Source of the DNA: Thermoplasmatota archaeon
Lineage (GTDB): Archaea > Thermoplasmatota > E2 > JACPAO01 > JAHFTW01
Direction of reading: 5' to 3'
NCBI GenBank assembly: GCA_041600695.1
Contig: JBFIJP010000002.1
Location: 1 to 40,650 of the forward strand
DNA: 40,650 bases
Shown here piece by piece: positions 15,346 to 23,602 of this stretch. The first letter of the stretch is position 1. Each line of letters begins with the position of its first letter. The translations under genes and the position numbers were made by a program. The notes under the pieces were generated by a model. That model ran no database searches and was not told the origin of the DNA. It worked only from the letters and a program-made list of their open reading frames with translations.

Positions 15346-15420
15346 GGCTTGCTAACAAGTGGTAATGTACGTCTGCCGTGGACGCTGTCCCGGTGCTGAT
15401 TTGGAAACGCGTCGTTGGAG
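15346..15420 (+). other. attC site 7: clear R'' box, 3' half degenerate or uncertain (end of array)
   Basis: GGCTTGCTAAC-AAGTGG... is an 11/11 complement of the cassette 7 start GTTAGCAAGCC (14558-14568). No convincing L''/L' pairing was found. The GTT at 15414 is taken as a provisional R'. Confidence 0.45.
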
Positions 15421-15744
15421 CGATCACGCGCTGTGCGTTGACGAACAGCGCCGGTCGTCCGGCATGTGAAGAAGGTGAAGCCGTGTTTGCTCTTGACGCG
15501 CACAAGGTCAGTTGTACGTACGTCGTCGGGCATTGGAATGAAAACCTGGCCGGGCCAAGAAGAATTCCAAGCCCGTGGCCAGCGTTGACCAGGCTTGCAC
15601 GAGGGGTCGCCCGAAACGCATCGCTGCCAGCCGGGTTGTGCGGGCGGTTCGGCGGCCTCGCAGCCGGCTGGCGGTCCATCGCTGCGCCCTGACACCTGGA
15701 ATCAAGTTCCGAACCTTCATCTTCGTAGAGGCATCTGCTCCGAT

Positions 15745-16506
15745 GTGGGTGCGCGGTGGCGGCTGGTGGCGGGTTTGGCGGTCCCGGCAATTCTTTTGTT
15801 CGTCGTCATGGCGCCGGGCCTTGATGTCCACGGCGCGGGGGACTTGTTTCGCGGAGGCGAGGTTTCTCCTGAAATTGTGGAGGGGCTGGCCGTTTCCAAT
15901 GTTCTGTCGGCCCGCTACGCAGAAGGGCAGGATTTGACGCATGTGCTCCTCGAATGTTCTGATTGGGTTTGCGAGGGCGGCGTGGTCCCCTTTGCGTTCG
16001 CCTTGATGGGTGACCAGCGGGCATTGGTCGAGGCGGGGTCTGTCTTGCTGCGCCCGGCCGACCGGCCCGTCTCGCTGACCACAACCGCCCTGCAGCCGGC
16101 GATGACGTGGGACGAGGCGGATGGGGTGGTGGTTAGCGAAGTCGTCACCCAGCCCTTCGAGGTGGCACCACGCGAACCCTACCGGTGGGGCGCTGCGGTT
16201 GCGACGGCACTGCTGGGGGCGGCGGTGCTGGTGGCCGCCGGGCAGAGGGACGCTCGATTGGCCGCACCGGTCGCTGCTGCCGTGCTGGGGGCCCTTGCCG
16301 TCGGCGCTTCCTTTGCTTGGCTCCTCATCTGGATTCTCTACCTTCTTCCGGCTTGCGCAGCCATCTTGATGGTCGTCGGCTTGTTGTCCTTGAAGCAGCG
16401 GCGCCTCCGGTATCCACTATTGGCGGTGGCGGTGGCAGCCCTGTGTTTCGGAGTGCCGATTCTGGTGGTGGGTCGATTGTACCCGTTGGCTGGTTCGATC
16501 ATCTAG
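15745..16506 (+). CDS. Membrane protein, function unknown
   Basis: Signal/TM segment LVAGLAVPAILLFVVMAP, a ~130-aa extracytoplasmic part, then 4 hydrophobic segments. GTG start chosen inside tracked ORF 15595..16506. Confidence 0.5.
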   Translation: MGARWRLVAGLAVPAILLFVVMAPGLDVHGAGDLFRGGEVSPEIVEGLAVSNVLSARYAEGQDLTHVLLECSDWVCEGGVVPFAFALMGDQRALVEAGSVLLRPADRPVSLTTTALQPAMTWDEADGVVVSEVVTQPFEVAPREPYRWGAAVATALLGAAVLVAAGQRDARLAAPVAAAVLGALAVGASFAWLLIWILYLLPACAAILMVVGLLSLKQRRLRYPLLAVAVAALCFGVPILVVGRLYPLAGSII

Positions 16507-16721
16507 GCCCGACGCCGGGTAAGTTAGCCTGAGAAGCGGGGAAGCGCTGCAGAATGCGCCCTCGGGCCGTGGCGGCGGACCCGTGCGTGGCCGCCTGGCG
16601 CGGGCCGGCCCTACACGGACCCAGATACCCCCGCCGTCGACGAAGAGCGTCCGCCAACCCACCAACCACGAGGTGAGGTAACCAACCTTTAGCCCGCGCC
16701 GACCATACGGCGCCGATTCCC

Positions 16722-17864
16722 ATGGACTTCGCGTTCACCGATGAGCAAAAGGCGTTCGGCCAGACGGCACGTGAGTGGGCGCGGCGGGAGTTTGGCCCCA
16801 TCGCGCGGGAGTGCGATGACCAGGAGCGTTACCCGGCGGAGTTGATTCCGAAGGCGGCCGACATGGGGTTTCTGGGCATGACGATCCCGGAGCAATATGG
16901 CGGTCCCGCCCTGGGCCTCGTGGATATCTATCCCGTCATTGAGGGCTTCATGCGGACGGATCCGGGCCTCGGGACGGCGGTGCTGACGACCGATTTTGGC
17001 TCGGAGTTGGTCAAGGGCCTGGCCACCGATGCGGTGAAGGATGATTTGCTTCCGCTCATCCCCCGCGGCAAGGCGGTCTTGGCATTGGCCATTACGGAGC
17101 CCCAGGCGGGCAGTGATGTAGCCGGCATCCAGACCAGCGCCACGCGGGAGGGCGACGAGTGGGTCCTGGGGGGACAGAAGACCTTCATCACCAATGGAAC
17201 GGTCGCCAGCCACGCAGTCATCGTGGCCCGCACGGAGGAACACGCCGACCCGCATCGAAACCTGAGCACGTTCATGGTGCCAACGGCGTCGGACGGGTTT
17301 CGGCAGGCGAAGCTGTCGGGGAAAATGGGGCAGCGCGCGGCGGATACGGGCGAGATGTTCATGGATGGCGTTCGAATCCCGGATGATCACCTGATTGGGC
17401 GGCGCGGGGACGGATTCCGGCAGATCATGCAGGTGCTCAACCAGACCCGGGTGCTGGTCGCCAGCCAGGCGACCGCCATTGCGCAGGGAGCCCTTGATCG
17501 GGCGCTGGAGTATGCGACCCAGCGGAAGGCTTTCGGGCGGCCGATTGCCAACTTCCAGGCGATCCAGTTCAAGCTGGCGGAGATGCAAACCCGCGTGGAG
17601 GCTTCCCGCCAGTTGAGCCTGAAGGCGGCGTGGTACGCCGACACCGATCGGCCGGACCCGGTTGCCAGCAGCATGGCGAAGTGGTTCGCGGGCCAGACCG
17701 CCGTGTGGTGTGCCGACGAGGCGGTCCAGATCTACGGCGGGACCGGTTACTTCCGGGGTGCCGATGTGGAGCGGTTCTACCGGGATGCCAAGGCGACGGA
17801 CATCTACGAGGGCACCAAGGAGGTGCACAAGATGATCATCGCGCGGCAGATGTTGGGCGGCTGA
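16722..17864 (+). CDS. Acyl-CoA dehydrogenase
   Basis: MDFAFTDEQKAF..., LAITEPQAGSDVAG, FITNG, IYEGTKEVHKMIIARQML. Confidence 0.9.
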   Translation: MDFAFTDEQKAFGQTAREWARREFGPIARECDDQERYPAELIPKAADMGFLGMTIPEQYGGPALGLVDIYPVIEGFMRTDPGLGTAVLTTDFGSELVKGLATDAVKDDLLPLIPRGKAVLALAITEPQAGSDVAGIQTSATREGDEWVLGGQKTFITNGTVASHAVIVARTEEHADPHRNLSTFMVPTASDGFRQAKLSGKMGQRAADTGEMFMDGVRIPDDHLIGRRGDGFRQIMQVLNQTRVLVASQATAIAQGALDRALEYATQRKAFGRPIANFQAIQFKLAEMQTRVEASRQLSLKAAWYADTDRPDPVASSMAKWFAGQTAVWCADEAVQIYGGTGYFRGADVERFYRDAKATDIYEGTKEVHKMIIARQMLGG

Positions 17865-18513
17865 CGCAGCCGGCAGAGCCCGCCACCGCATCCCGGAGGA
17901 AGTCGGCGGCGTCGCGATTGGCGCGCAGGAAGCCGAACAGGAAGGCCTTGTGGTCCTCCGAGCCCTGCGGGTGGGGCTGCGCGATGCGTTGGACGAGTGC
18001 GTGTGTGTCCAGGTCATCGGCTGCCTGGTTCCAGCCGGCCGCCGGGTCGCGGCGTAGTGTGGTCAGCAAGAGCCGGTCGTGGGCGGCAGCGCCACACTCC
18101 TGGGGCGACCCCCCAAACCGGGGCAGGCGGTCGGTGAGGCGCGCCTCCATGGCCGACAGGATTCGGGCGCGCACGGTGTGCGGAACGCGGTCCGGGTCCG
18201 GCAGGAGATCTTTTGCCGGCGACCCCGCCGAGGATCCGTCCCCGACCCCGGCCACCGGCCGGAGCCCGGCACGCTGGAGGGGTGCATCCAGTTGGCGGCG
18301 GTTGGCGAAGTCACCGAGAAGCAGGGCGTGCAGCGCCAGATCGGCTGCCGGCGCGCTAAGGTTCCCCAGCCCCGCCGCGGCCCCCGCCACTTCGCCTGCC
18401 ATGTCGCCGGCCATGGAGCCCGCCATCTCCCCGGCGGCACCGAAGAGTTCCCCAATCGCCTCGAAGAGTGCACCCAACAGGTCGTCGATCACGACGCGGC
18501 AGGAGTCGCCCAC
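17836..18513 (-). CDS. Hypothetical protein (Ala/Gly/Asp-rich)
   Basis: Starts 31 nt after the stop of the upstream lipoprotein gene. Its composition looks protein-like compared with the Arg/Pro-rich alternative frames. The 3' end overlaps the convergent ACAD stop by 29 nt. Confidence 0.4.
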   Translation of the reverse strand: MGDSCRVVIDDLLGALFEAIGELFGAAGEMAGSMAGDMAGEVAGAAAGLGNLSAPAADLALHALLLGDFANRRQLDAPLQRAGLRPVAGVGDGSSAGSPAKDLLPDPDRVPHTVRARILSAMEARLTDRLPRFGGSPQECGAAAHDRLLLTTLRRDPAAGWNQAADDLDTHALVQRIAQPHPQGSEDHKAFLFGFLRANRDAADFLRDAVAGSAGCVSRPTSAAR

Positions 18514-18543
18514 AAAATCAGTGTTGGGTTTGTCAGGGCGCGT

Positions 18544-19974
18544 TCAGTCCAACGGGTCGGGTTGCTGCGTGACGCCAGCCGTCGGCCACCAGCCCAGGTG
18601 GGTGAGCGTCAGGGTGCCGGAGTAGGTGTAGGTTTGTGGCCCATCGGTGGTTTCGTGGGTTTGCTGGTCGTTGACCTGCACTCCCCTGACGTGGCCTGGC
18701 TCCATGGGGACGCCGTCCACCATCAGCCGGCCATCCCAGGTGGCCGTGAAGCGCCCGCCGGTACCGGGCCAGCCCATGCGGAGCGTGCTGTTGGAACCAG
18801 TGAAGCGTTCCACGATGCCGCAGCCGGTCGGATTTTCCTCCACCACGCGCCACTGCTCCCAGGCGGCGAAGCGTGACCCAGCGGGGAACCGGTCGGGGCC
18901 GCCCTCCCAGAAGGTGACCCGCTCGAAGACGGGCTCGACGCGCAGGTGGGGCGGTAGCTGGTCGCACACCGGCCGGCCGCCGGGGCCTTTCTCGAAAACG
19001 TGCCCGCTGACGGTCAGAACGGCGTAGCGGGTGGCCGCAACGGACGGTCCGTCCAGGACATCCCCGGTGAGCCACTGGGCGGACCAGCGGGGCTGCTGCC
19101 CGCCGCCCAAGTCGTACGTGGCCCACGGCTTGTGTGCCGGGTCCATCAGGCTCACAGCTTCGTCGGAATCCAGGAGTTGGCGGGGGGTTGCCAGCGGGGC
19201 ATCGTCGTACGACCAGCCGGCCAGGGCGCGTCCGTCGGCCCAGATGGCCCCGGCGTGCCCGCCGCTGGGCTCGCTCAGTTGCCACGTGAAGCGCCAGAAC
19301 GAGGCCCGGCCGTCAAACGGGTCGTCGGGCGGGAGTAACAAAGCCTGTTGCTGCGCGGCGGGGGGAAGGAAGCCGCCCCGGGTTTCGCGCCCGTGCACCG
19401 AGGTGAGTGCTGGATCGGGCGGCACGAGCCCGCTGGTTTGGAGGGCTGCAAGGGCCTCCCAGGCGGTGGGGGCCGGGGCGGGGGCCGCCATGGCGGTTCC
19501 AACGGAATTGAACCAGGAGGCGCCGCCCGCGGCATTCTGCAAACGCCATCGGCCACCGGATTCGCCATCCAGCCAGTAGGCGGTCGCGGGCCCCATCTCG
19601 TTGCTGTCCAGGGCGCCGCGGGTGGTGAGAACCGGCGCAGGGGTGCTGGGCCCCAGGTCCCGCAGGATCACCGCCCCGTCGGGATGCTGCTTGTACGCTC
19701 CGAAGCCAAGGTCCTGCCTGGCGCCGGCGGCGTACACCTGGGCCTCGTGCGCGTGGCCGTCGGCCGCCTGCAAGCCCACTCGCCAGAGGGGTGCCGTGCC
19801 GACCGGCTGGCCCGCCACTGCCGTGGCCTGGGCGTACACGGGCCTCAGTTCGGGGGCCTCCCGCAGCGCGGCATCGAGGGCATCAAAGGCCGTCAGGTGG
19901 GTGGGCAGGGGCGCCTGGCAGCCGGCCAGGATCGCCAGCAGGAGTAGCACGGGAATCCAGCGCACAGGTGCCAT
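18544..19974 (-). CDS. Large secreted lipoprotein, function unknown
   Basis: MAPVRWIPVLLLLAILAGC is a lipobox signal. Start trimmed to ATG 19974. Confidence 0.65.
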   Translation of the reverse strand: MAPVRWIPVLLLLAILAGCQAPLPTHLTAFDALDAALREAPELRPVYAQATAVAGQPVGTAPLWRVGLQAADGHAHEAQVYAAGARQDLGFGAYKQHPDGAVILRDLGPSTPAPVLTTRGALDSNEMGPATAYWLDGESGGRWRLQNAAGGASWFNSVGTAMAAPAPAPTAWEALAALQTSGLVPPDPALTSVHGRETRGGFLPPAAQQQALLLPPDDPFDGRASFWRFTWQLSEPSGGHAGAIWADGRALAGWSYDDAPLATPRQLLDSDEAVSLMDPAHKPWATYDLGGGQQPRWSAQWLTGDVLDGPSVAATRYAVLTVSGHVFEKGPGGRPVCDQLPPHLRVEPVFERVTFWEGGPDRFPAGSRFAAWEQWRVVEENPTGCGIVERFTGSNSTLRMGWPGTGGRFTATWDGRLMVDGVPMEPGHVRGVQVNDQQTHETTDGPQTYTYSGTLTLTHLGWWPTAGVTQQPDPLD

Positions 19975-20065
19975 GGCGTGGCTGCGGCCTTGATGATGCC
20001 GGATTCGGCGGGCGGGGACCCACCCATGCATGGCCTCCGTGCGGGCGTCCGCCCGGTCCGGCGGC

Positions 20066-20668
20066 TCAGACCACGATCAGGTCAATGGCAACATCCACCG
20101 AGCCGACGTACAGCCGCGGCTCGTACCCTGGCTCGGTGGGATTGGTGCCCTCCCTGGCCAGGCAGAGCCACAGGTCCCAAGTGATGGTCGGGTGGCGGCC
20201 GGTGCCCCACCAGGCAGGCTCGACGGGTACGAACCGCTCCTCGCCGCGGGGAACGGGTCCGACCACGTTGTACTGGCGCGTGCCGTTGGGACGGAAGGCC
20301 AGCCATAGTTCCTGGCCGCGGTAGTCGTCGTCCTCCCAATCAAGGACCACGGCCAGGTCTGTGGTTCCATTGACCACGGGCCCGGGCGGTCCGTCCGGTG
20401 TCAGGTGCAGGTTGGTGAAGTAGGGTTGTTCGTCGAACAGGCAGGGGTGGGCGGCAGCCTGGATCGCCGCGCCCATGCTCCCCAGAACCACCCGATCCAG
20501 CATGGGCGCCGCCGGGTCGAAATGCCACGCGTAGCTCCCACCCAGGTAGGGCATCCGCGCTTCCTGCGGCGGGGCCTGCTCAACGTGCTTCTGGTCGGAA
20601 TCCACGGCTCCACCCATGCAGCCGGCCAGGGTAGCCAGCAGGGTAAGGGGCAGGAGAATCCAGTTCAT
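20066..20668 (-). CDS. Lipoprotein, paralog B of a tandem pair
   Basis: MNWILLPLTLLATLAGC. Shares HPCLFDEQPYFTNLHL, NGTT.LAV.L.W and W.C.A..G blocks with 20694..21368. Confidence 0.7.
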   Translation of the reverse strand: MNWILLPLTLLATLAGCMGGAVDSDQKHVEQAPPQEARMPYLGGSYAWHFDPAAPMLDRVVLGSMGAAIQAAAHPCLFDEQPYFTNLHLTPDGPPGPVVNGTTDLAVVLDWEDDDYRGQELWLAFRPNGTRQYNVVGPVPRGEERFVPVEPAWWGTGRHPTITWDLWLCLAREGTNPTEPGYEPRLYVGSVDVAIDLIVV

Positions 20669-20693
20669 GGGCCTCCATGGCGTCTGGGCTGTG

Positions 20694-21368
20694 TCAGCCT
20701 TCCGCCGGGGCGGCCTGTGCTTCGTCGAGGGCCGCCAGGTCCTGGGTGGCCTCAATGTGCGCCGTCAGTTCGCCGTTGAACAGCCGCGGCCTGAAATTCG
20801 AACTGCCCACGGAGGAATCCCCATCCCCGGCGACGCAGACCCAGAAGTCCCAGTTGGATTGGCGTTTGTCGGCATCCCAGTCGTCCATGGTAACGGGAAT
20901 CCGGCCGGTTTCGCCGTTGATCAGGTAGTCACTCTCGCGGTACGTGGTGGTGTTGGCGGCCTTGTACGCCAGGATCAGTCCGTCGCCAGCGTAGGCCTCG
21001 GCCGGCCAGGACAGCGTTACGGCCAGGTGCGTGGTGCCGTTGGGAACGGGAGCAGAACCCAGCCGCCCACTCAGGTGCAGGTTGTTGAAGTACGGCTCGC
21101 CGTCGTACAGACAGGGATGGAAGGCGGGCTGGGTGACCGGGGCGTAGACGCTGAGAAACATGCCGAAAAGGTCGCTGCCGTGATCGTGCCAGGTCGTGGA
21201 CCCGTCCAGGACGGTTGCCGCGTCATGTGTCCACAGGGGGTAGGCCGCTTCAAGGGAATCCGCAGCGTCGGGCCGTGGGCCCCGGGCGTCCGTGTCCTCG
21301 GTGCATCCAGCCAACGCAACCGACGTCAAAGCCACCAAGGCCACACAAGCAACCGCAGAGAATCGCAT
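20694..21368 (-). CDS. Lipoprotein, paralog A of a tandem pair
   Basis: MRFSAVACVALVALTSVALAGC; HPCLYDGEPYFNNLHL; NGTTHLAVTLSW; NWDFWVCVAGDG. Confidence 0.7.
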   Translation of the reverse strand: MRFSAVACVALVALTSVALAGCTEDTDARGPRPDAADSLEAAYPLWTHDAATVLDGSTTWHDHGSDLFGMFLSVYAPVTQPAFHPCLYDGEPYFNNLHLSGRLGSAPVPNGTTHLAVTLSWPAEAYAGDGLILAYKAANTTTYRESDYLINGETGRIPVTMDDWDADKRQSNWDFWVCVAGDGDSSVGSSNFRPRLFNGELTAHIEATQDLAALDEAQAAPAEG

Positions 21369-21418
21369 GGCCACGACGCCGCCGATCAACGGTTAAGGTT
21401 CGTGGCGGCGGCGTCGTT

Positions 21419-22267
21419 CTAGCGGGCGCCGCCGAAGACAAGCGGTTTGGCCGCAGGAGCGCTCTGGCCAGGCAGGCGCACCTTGTCCAGGTCGGGGGGA
21501 ACGCCCATGGCGGAATAGCCCGCGTCCACGTAGAGCGTCTGGCCGGTCACGCCGCTGCCCAGTTCCGACAGCAGGAAGAGCGCCGAGCGGGCCACATCCT
21601 GCTGGCTGACGTTGCGCTTGAGGGGAGCGCTGTGCTTCATCCAGTCCAGAATGTTGTCGAAGCCCGGCACGCCTGAGGCGGCCAAGGTGCGAATAGGACC
21701 CGCCGAGATGGCATTGACGCGCACGCCGCGCTGGGGTCCGGCGACGGCGGCCAACTCCCGGACGAGTTCCTGGAGGGCGGCCTTGGCGGTGCCCATGACG
21801 CGGTAGCCGGGCACCACGCGGTCCGCGCCGAGGTACGTGAGCGCCAGGACTCCCGCTCCGGGACTGAGCCGGGGTAGCGCATGGCGGGTGAGGCGAACCA
21901 GGCTGTACGCCGAGACGGTGAGGGCGGTTTCGAAGTCCTCCTGGCGCGTGAGGGTAATGTCGGCGCCGAGGGCTTCGGCGGGAGCAAAGGCAATGCAGTG
22001 CACCATGGCATCGAAGTCTCCTTGGGCCTGCTCGAAGAAGCTGGCCACCGACTCCTCCTTGCCCACGTCGCATTCGTGCCACGCTTCGATCCAGTCGTGG
22101 CCCTTGACCAATTGCATCAACCGGCTCAGGAAACGCTTCTGGTAACCGAGGGTGACCTTGGCGCCGTGAGCAGCCAGTTCCTGTGCGATGGCCCAGGCGA
22201 TGGAGTCCTCGCTGGCGACGCCAAACACGAGTGCGCGCTTGCCGGTGAGGTCGGTGGGGGAGCCCAT
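21419..22267 (-). CDS. fabI: Enoyl-[acyl-carrier-protein] reductase (NADH), FabI-like SDR
   Basis: GKRALVFGVASEDSIAWAIAQEL, VHCIAFAP, YLGADRVVPGYRVMGTAKAALQ, RVNAISAGPIRTLAASG, TGQTLYVDAGY. Start trimmed to ATG 22267. Confidence 0.85.
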   Translation of the reverse strand: MGSPTDLTGKRALVFGVASEDSIAWAIAQELAAHGAKVTLGYQKRFLSRLMQLVKGHDWIEAWHECDVGKEESVASFFEQAQGDFDAMVHCIAFAPAEALGADITLTRQEDFETALTVSAYSLVRLTRHALPRLSPGAGVLALTYLGADRVVPGYRVMGTAKAALQELVRELAAVAGPQRGVRVNAISAGPIRTLAASGVPGFDNILDWMKHSAPLKRNVSQQDVARSALFLLSELGSGVTGQTLYVDAGYSAMGVPPDLDKVRLPGQSAPAAKPLVFGGAR

Positions 22268-22312
22268 GGCCGGGGCCAGGCCCGTCACCTGATGAACGTT
22301 TGGGGGAGTCGA

Positions 22313-22430
22313 ACTGGTTCGAGGCAGGGGGACTGGTTCGAGGCAAGGCCTTCGGTGGGGCGGTGGCCGGAAGGACGGCTGACGGACGGCTGACGGACGA
22401 CTGCCGGCCGGTTGCCGGGCGGTTACCGGA
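22313..22430. repeat. Cluster of short tandem direct repeats in a divergent intergenic region
   Basis: ACTGGTTCGAGGCA x2 (22313-22326, 22332-22345); GGCTGACGGAC x2 (22377-22398); CGGTTGCCGG/CGGTTACCGG (about 22408-22430). Confidence 0.7.
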
Positions 22431-22535
22431 CAGGGGCAAGGGTTTGGCCAGGTGGCCGCCGCCCACCCCGCCCCCCGGGGCTTGGGTGAGCACCCGGGCG
22501 CAAGCATCAAGCTCCCCCGACGCCCTGCCCCGGGC

Positions 22536-22745
22536 ATGCGCTGGATTCTCCTCGCCGCCACCCTCCTTCTGGTCCTTGCGACCCCCGCAGACGCACAGGT
22601 GCCGCCCAGCCAGGACTGCTACCCGACCTCAGGCGGCCTGGACTACCAAAGCTACCTCTGCTACGACATCAAGGACCCCTTCTGTCCAGTCTACACGATC
22701 ACGCACACTGACGCCGGCACCCGCAAGCATTGCATCATCGGATAG
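22536..22745 (+). CDS. Small secreted Cys-rich protein
   Basis: MRWILLAATLLLVLATPADA signal peptide, then a 49-aa mature part with 4 Cys. Confidence 0.45.
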   Translation: MRWILLAATLLLVLATPADAQVPPSQDCYPTSGGLDYQSYLCYDIKDPFCPVYTITHTDAGTRKHCIIG

Positions 22746-23005
22746 AAACGATCCCGGCTGCCGACCCAGCCCATCGGCCCCTCCGCAGCCGGGCGCCACG
22801 AGCCGCATTCCGGGCAGCAGAGCCCAAGGGCCCGCCCATTCAACAGGAGCCAACACCTCCGGCGACGCATCGGAAGCACCGGCGCACACACCGTGCGGAC
22901 ACGGCCACGCAGCACCCCTGGCGGCCCTGATTCGACGGCTCCCGTTCCCACAAGACTCTTGACCCAAAGCCAAGTCGGCCCCCCTCGGTCCACGGAGGGC
23001 CCATT

Positions 23006-23602
23006 ATGCAACGCATCGATGTCCTGATCGCCGTCGTTCTCCTTGCCGCCGCCACGGGTTCCGTGGTAGGCGTAGTCGTCTACGAAGGCGACAGTTCCGA
23101 ATTCCGCGTCTCTTTCAGCGAGATGGAGCACACCTTCGAGGTCGCTGCCCAGGACCTGACCGGCGCGGGCACCTTGGACTTCACCTTCGACGCCCCGCTC
23201 GACAACCTGACCCGCGCTGAACTGACCCTCCAGGTCGACGCCACCGGGCTGCGCGCCCAGGCCGTCCCCATCACGGTGACGGTGCACGCCCCAGGTCTCC
23301 CGGAAGCCGTCGCCACGGGCACCATCGCCTCCGGCGGCCCCCAGTCCGCCATCATCACATTGGCAATCCTGGCATCCCAGTTGCCTGACGAAGTCGACGT
23401 TCGGGCCCTGGACTCCAAGGCCGCCCTGGCCGAGGCCGCAAACACCACCACACTGGGACGCGGCGAATGGCACATCGCAGTTGAACTCGGCGCGGGAGCT
23501 CCCGTGGCTCAACTGGACACGGAAACCCGCACCGTATCCATCGACGCCGTGGCCTGGACGTACCAGGCCAAAGTCAACGCCGCTGTTCCGGAGGCGCTCT
23601 GA
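23006..23602 (+). CDS. N-terminally anchored extracytoplasmic protein, unknown function
   Basis: GGAGGG RBS 7 nt upstream. TM segment IDVLIAVVLLAAATGSVVGVVV. TGATG overlap with the transporter gene. Confidence 0.55.
   Translation: MQRIDVLIAVVLLAAATGSVVGVVVYEGDSSEFRVSFSEMEHTFEVAAQDLTGAGTLDFTFDAPLDNLTRAELTLQVDATGLRAQAVPITVTVHAPGLPEAVATGTIASGGPQSAIITLAILASQLPDEVDVRALDSKAALAEAANTTTLGRGEWHIAVELGAGAPVAQLDTETRTVSIDAVAWTYQAKVNAAVPEAL

Larger units (their letters stand above)
2113..15420 (+). mobile_element. Integron-type gene cassette array (7 cassettes; no integrase in window, CALIN-like)
   Basis: Cassette limits by G|TT: 2114-3730, 3731-7240, 7241-10013, 10014-10829, 10830-12323, 12324-14558 (includes IS), 14559-about 15414. 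All cargo ORFs are on the plus strand. Start/R'' complementarity holds in all 7 cassettes (see finding 1). Confidence 0.85.

Noticed and set aside
15595-15744. N-terminal 50 codons of tracked ORF 15595..16506
   Set aside because: The region is Arg/Pro/Gly-rich and precedes a good signal/TM segment that starts at an in-frame GTG (15745).
16689-18017. 442-aa minus-strand ORF
   Set aside because: It is antisense to the unambiguous acyl-CoA dehydrogenase. Its Arg/Pro-rich composition is typical of shadow ORFs in high-GC DNA. The same reasoning applies to 8007..8642, 34336..35160, 34656..35294, 21393..22493, 22691..23629 and similar ORFs.
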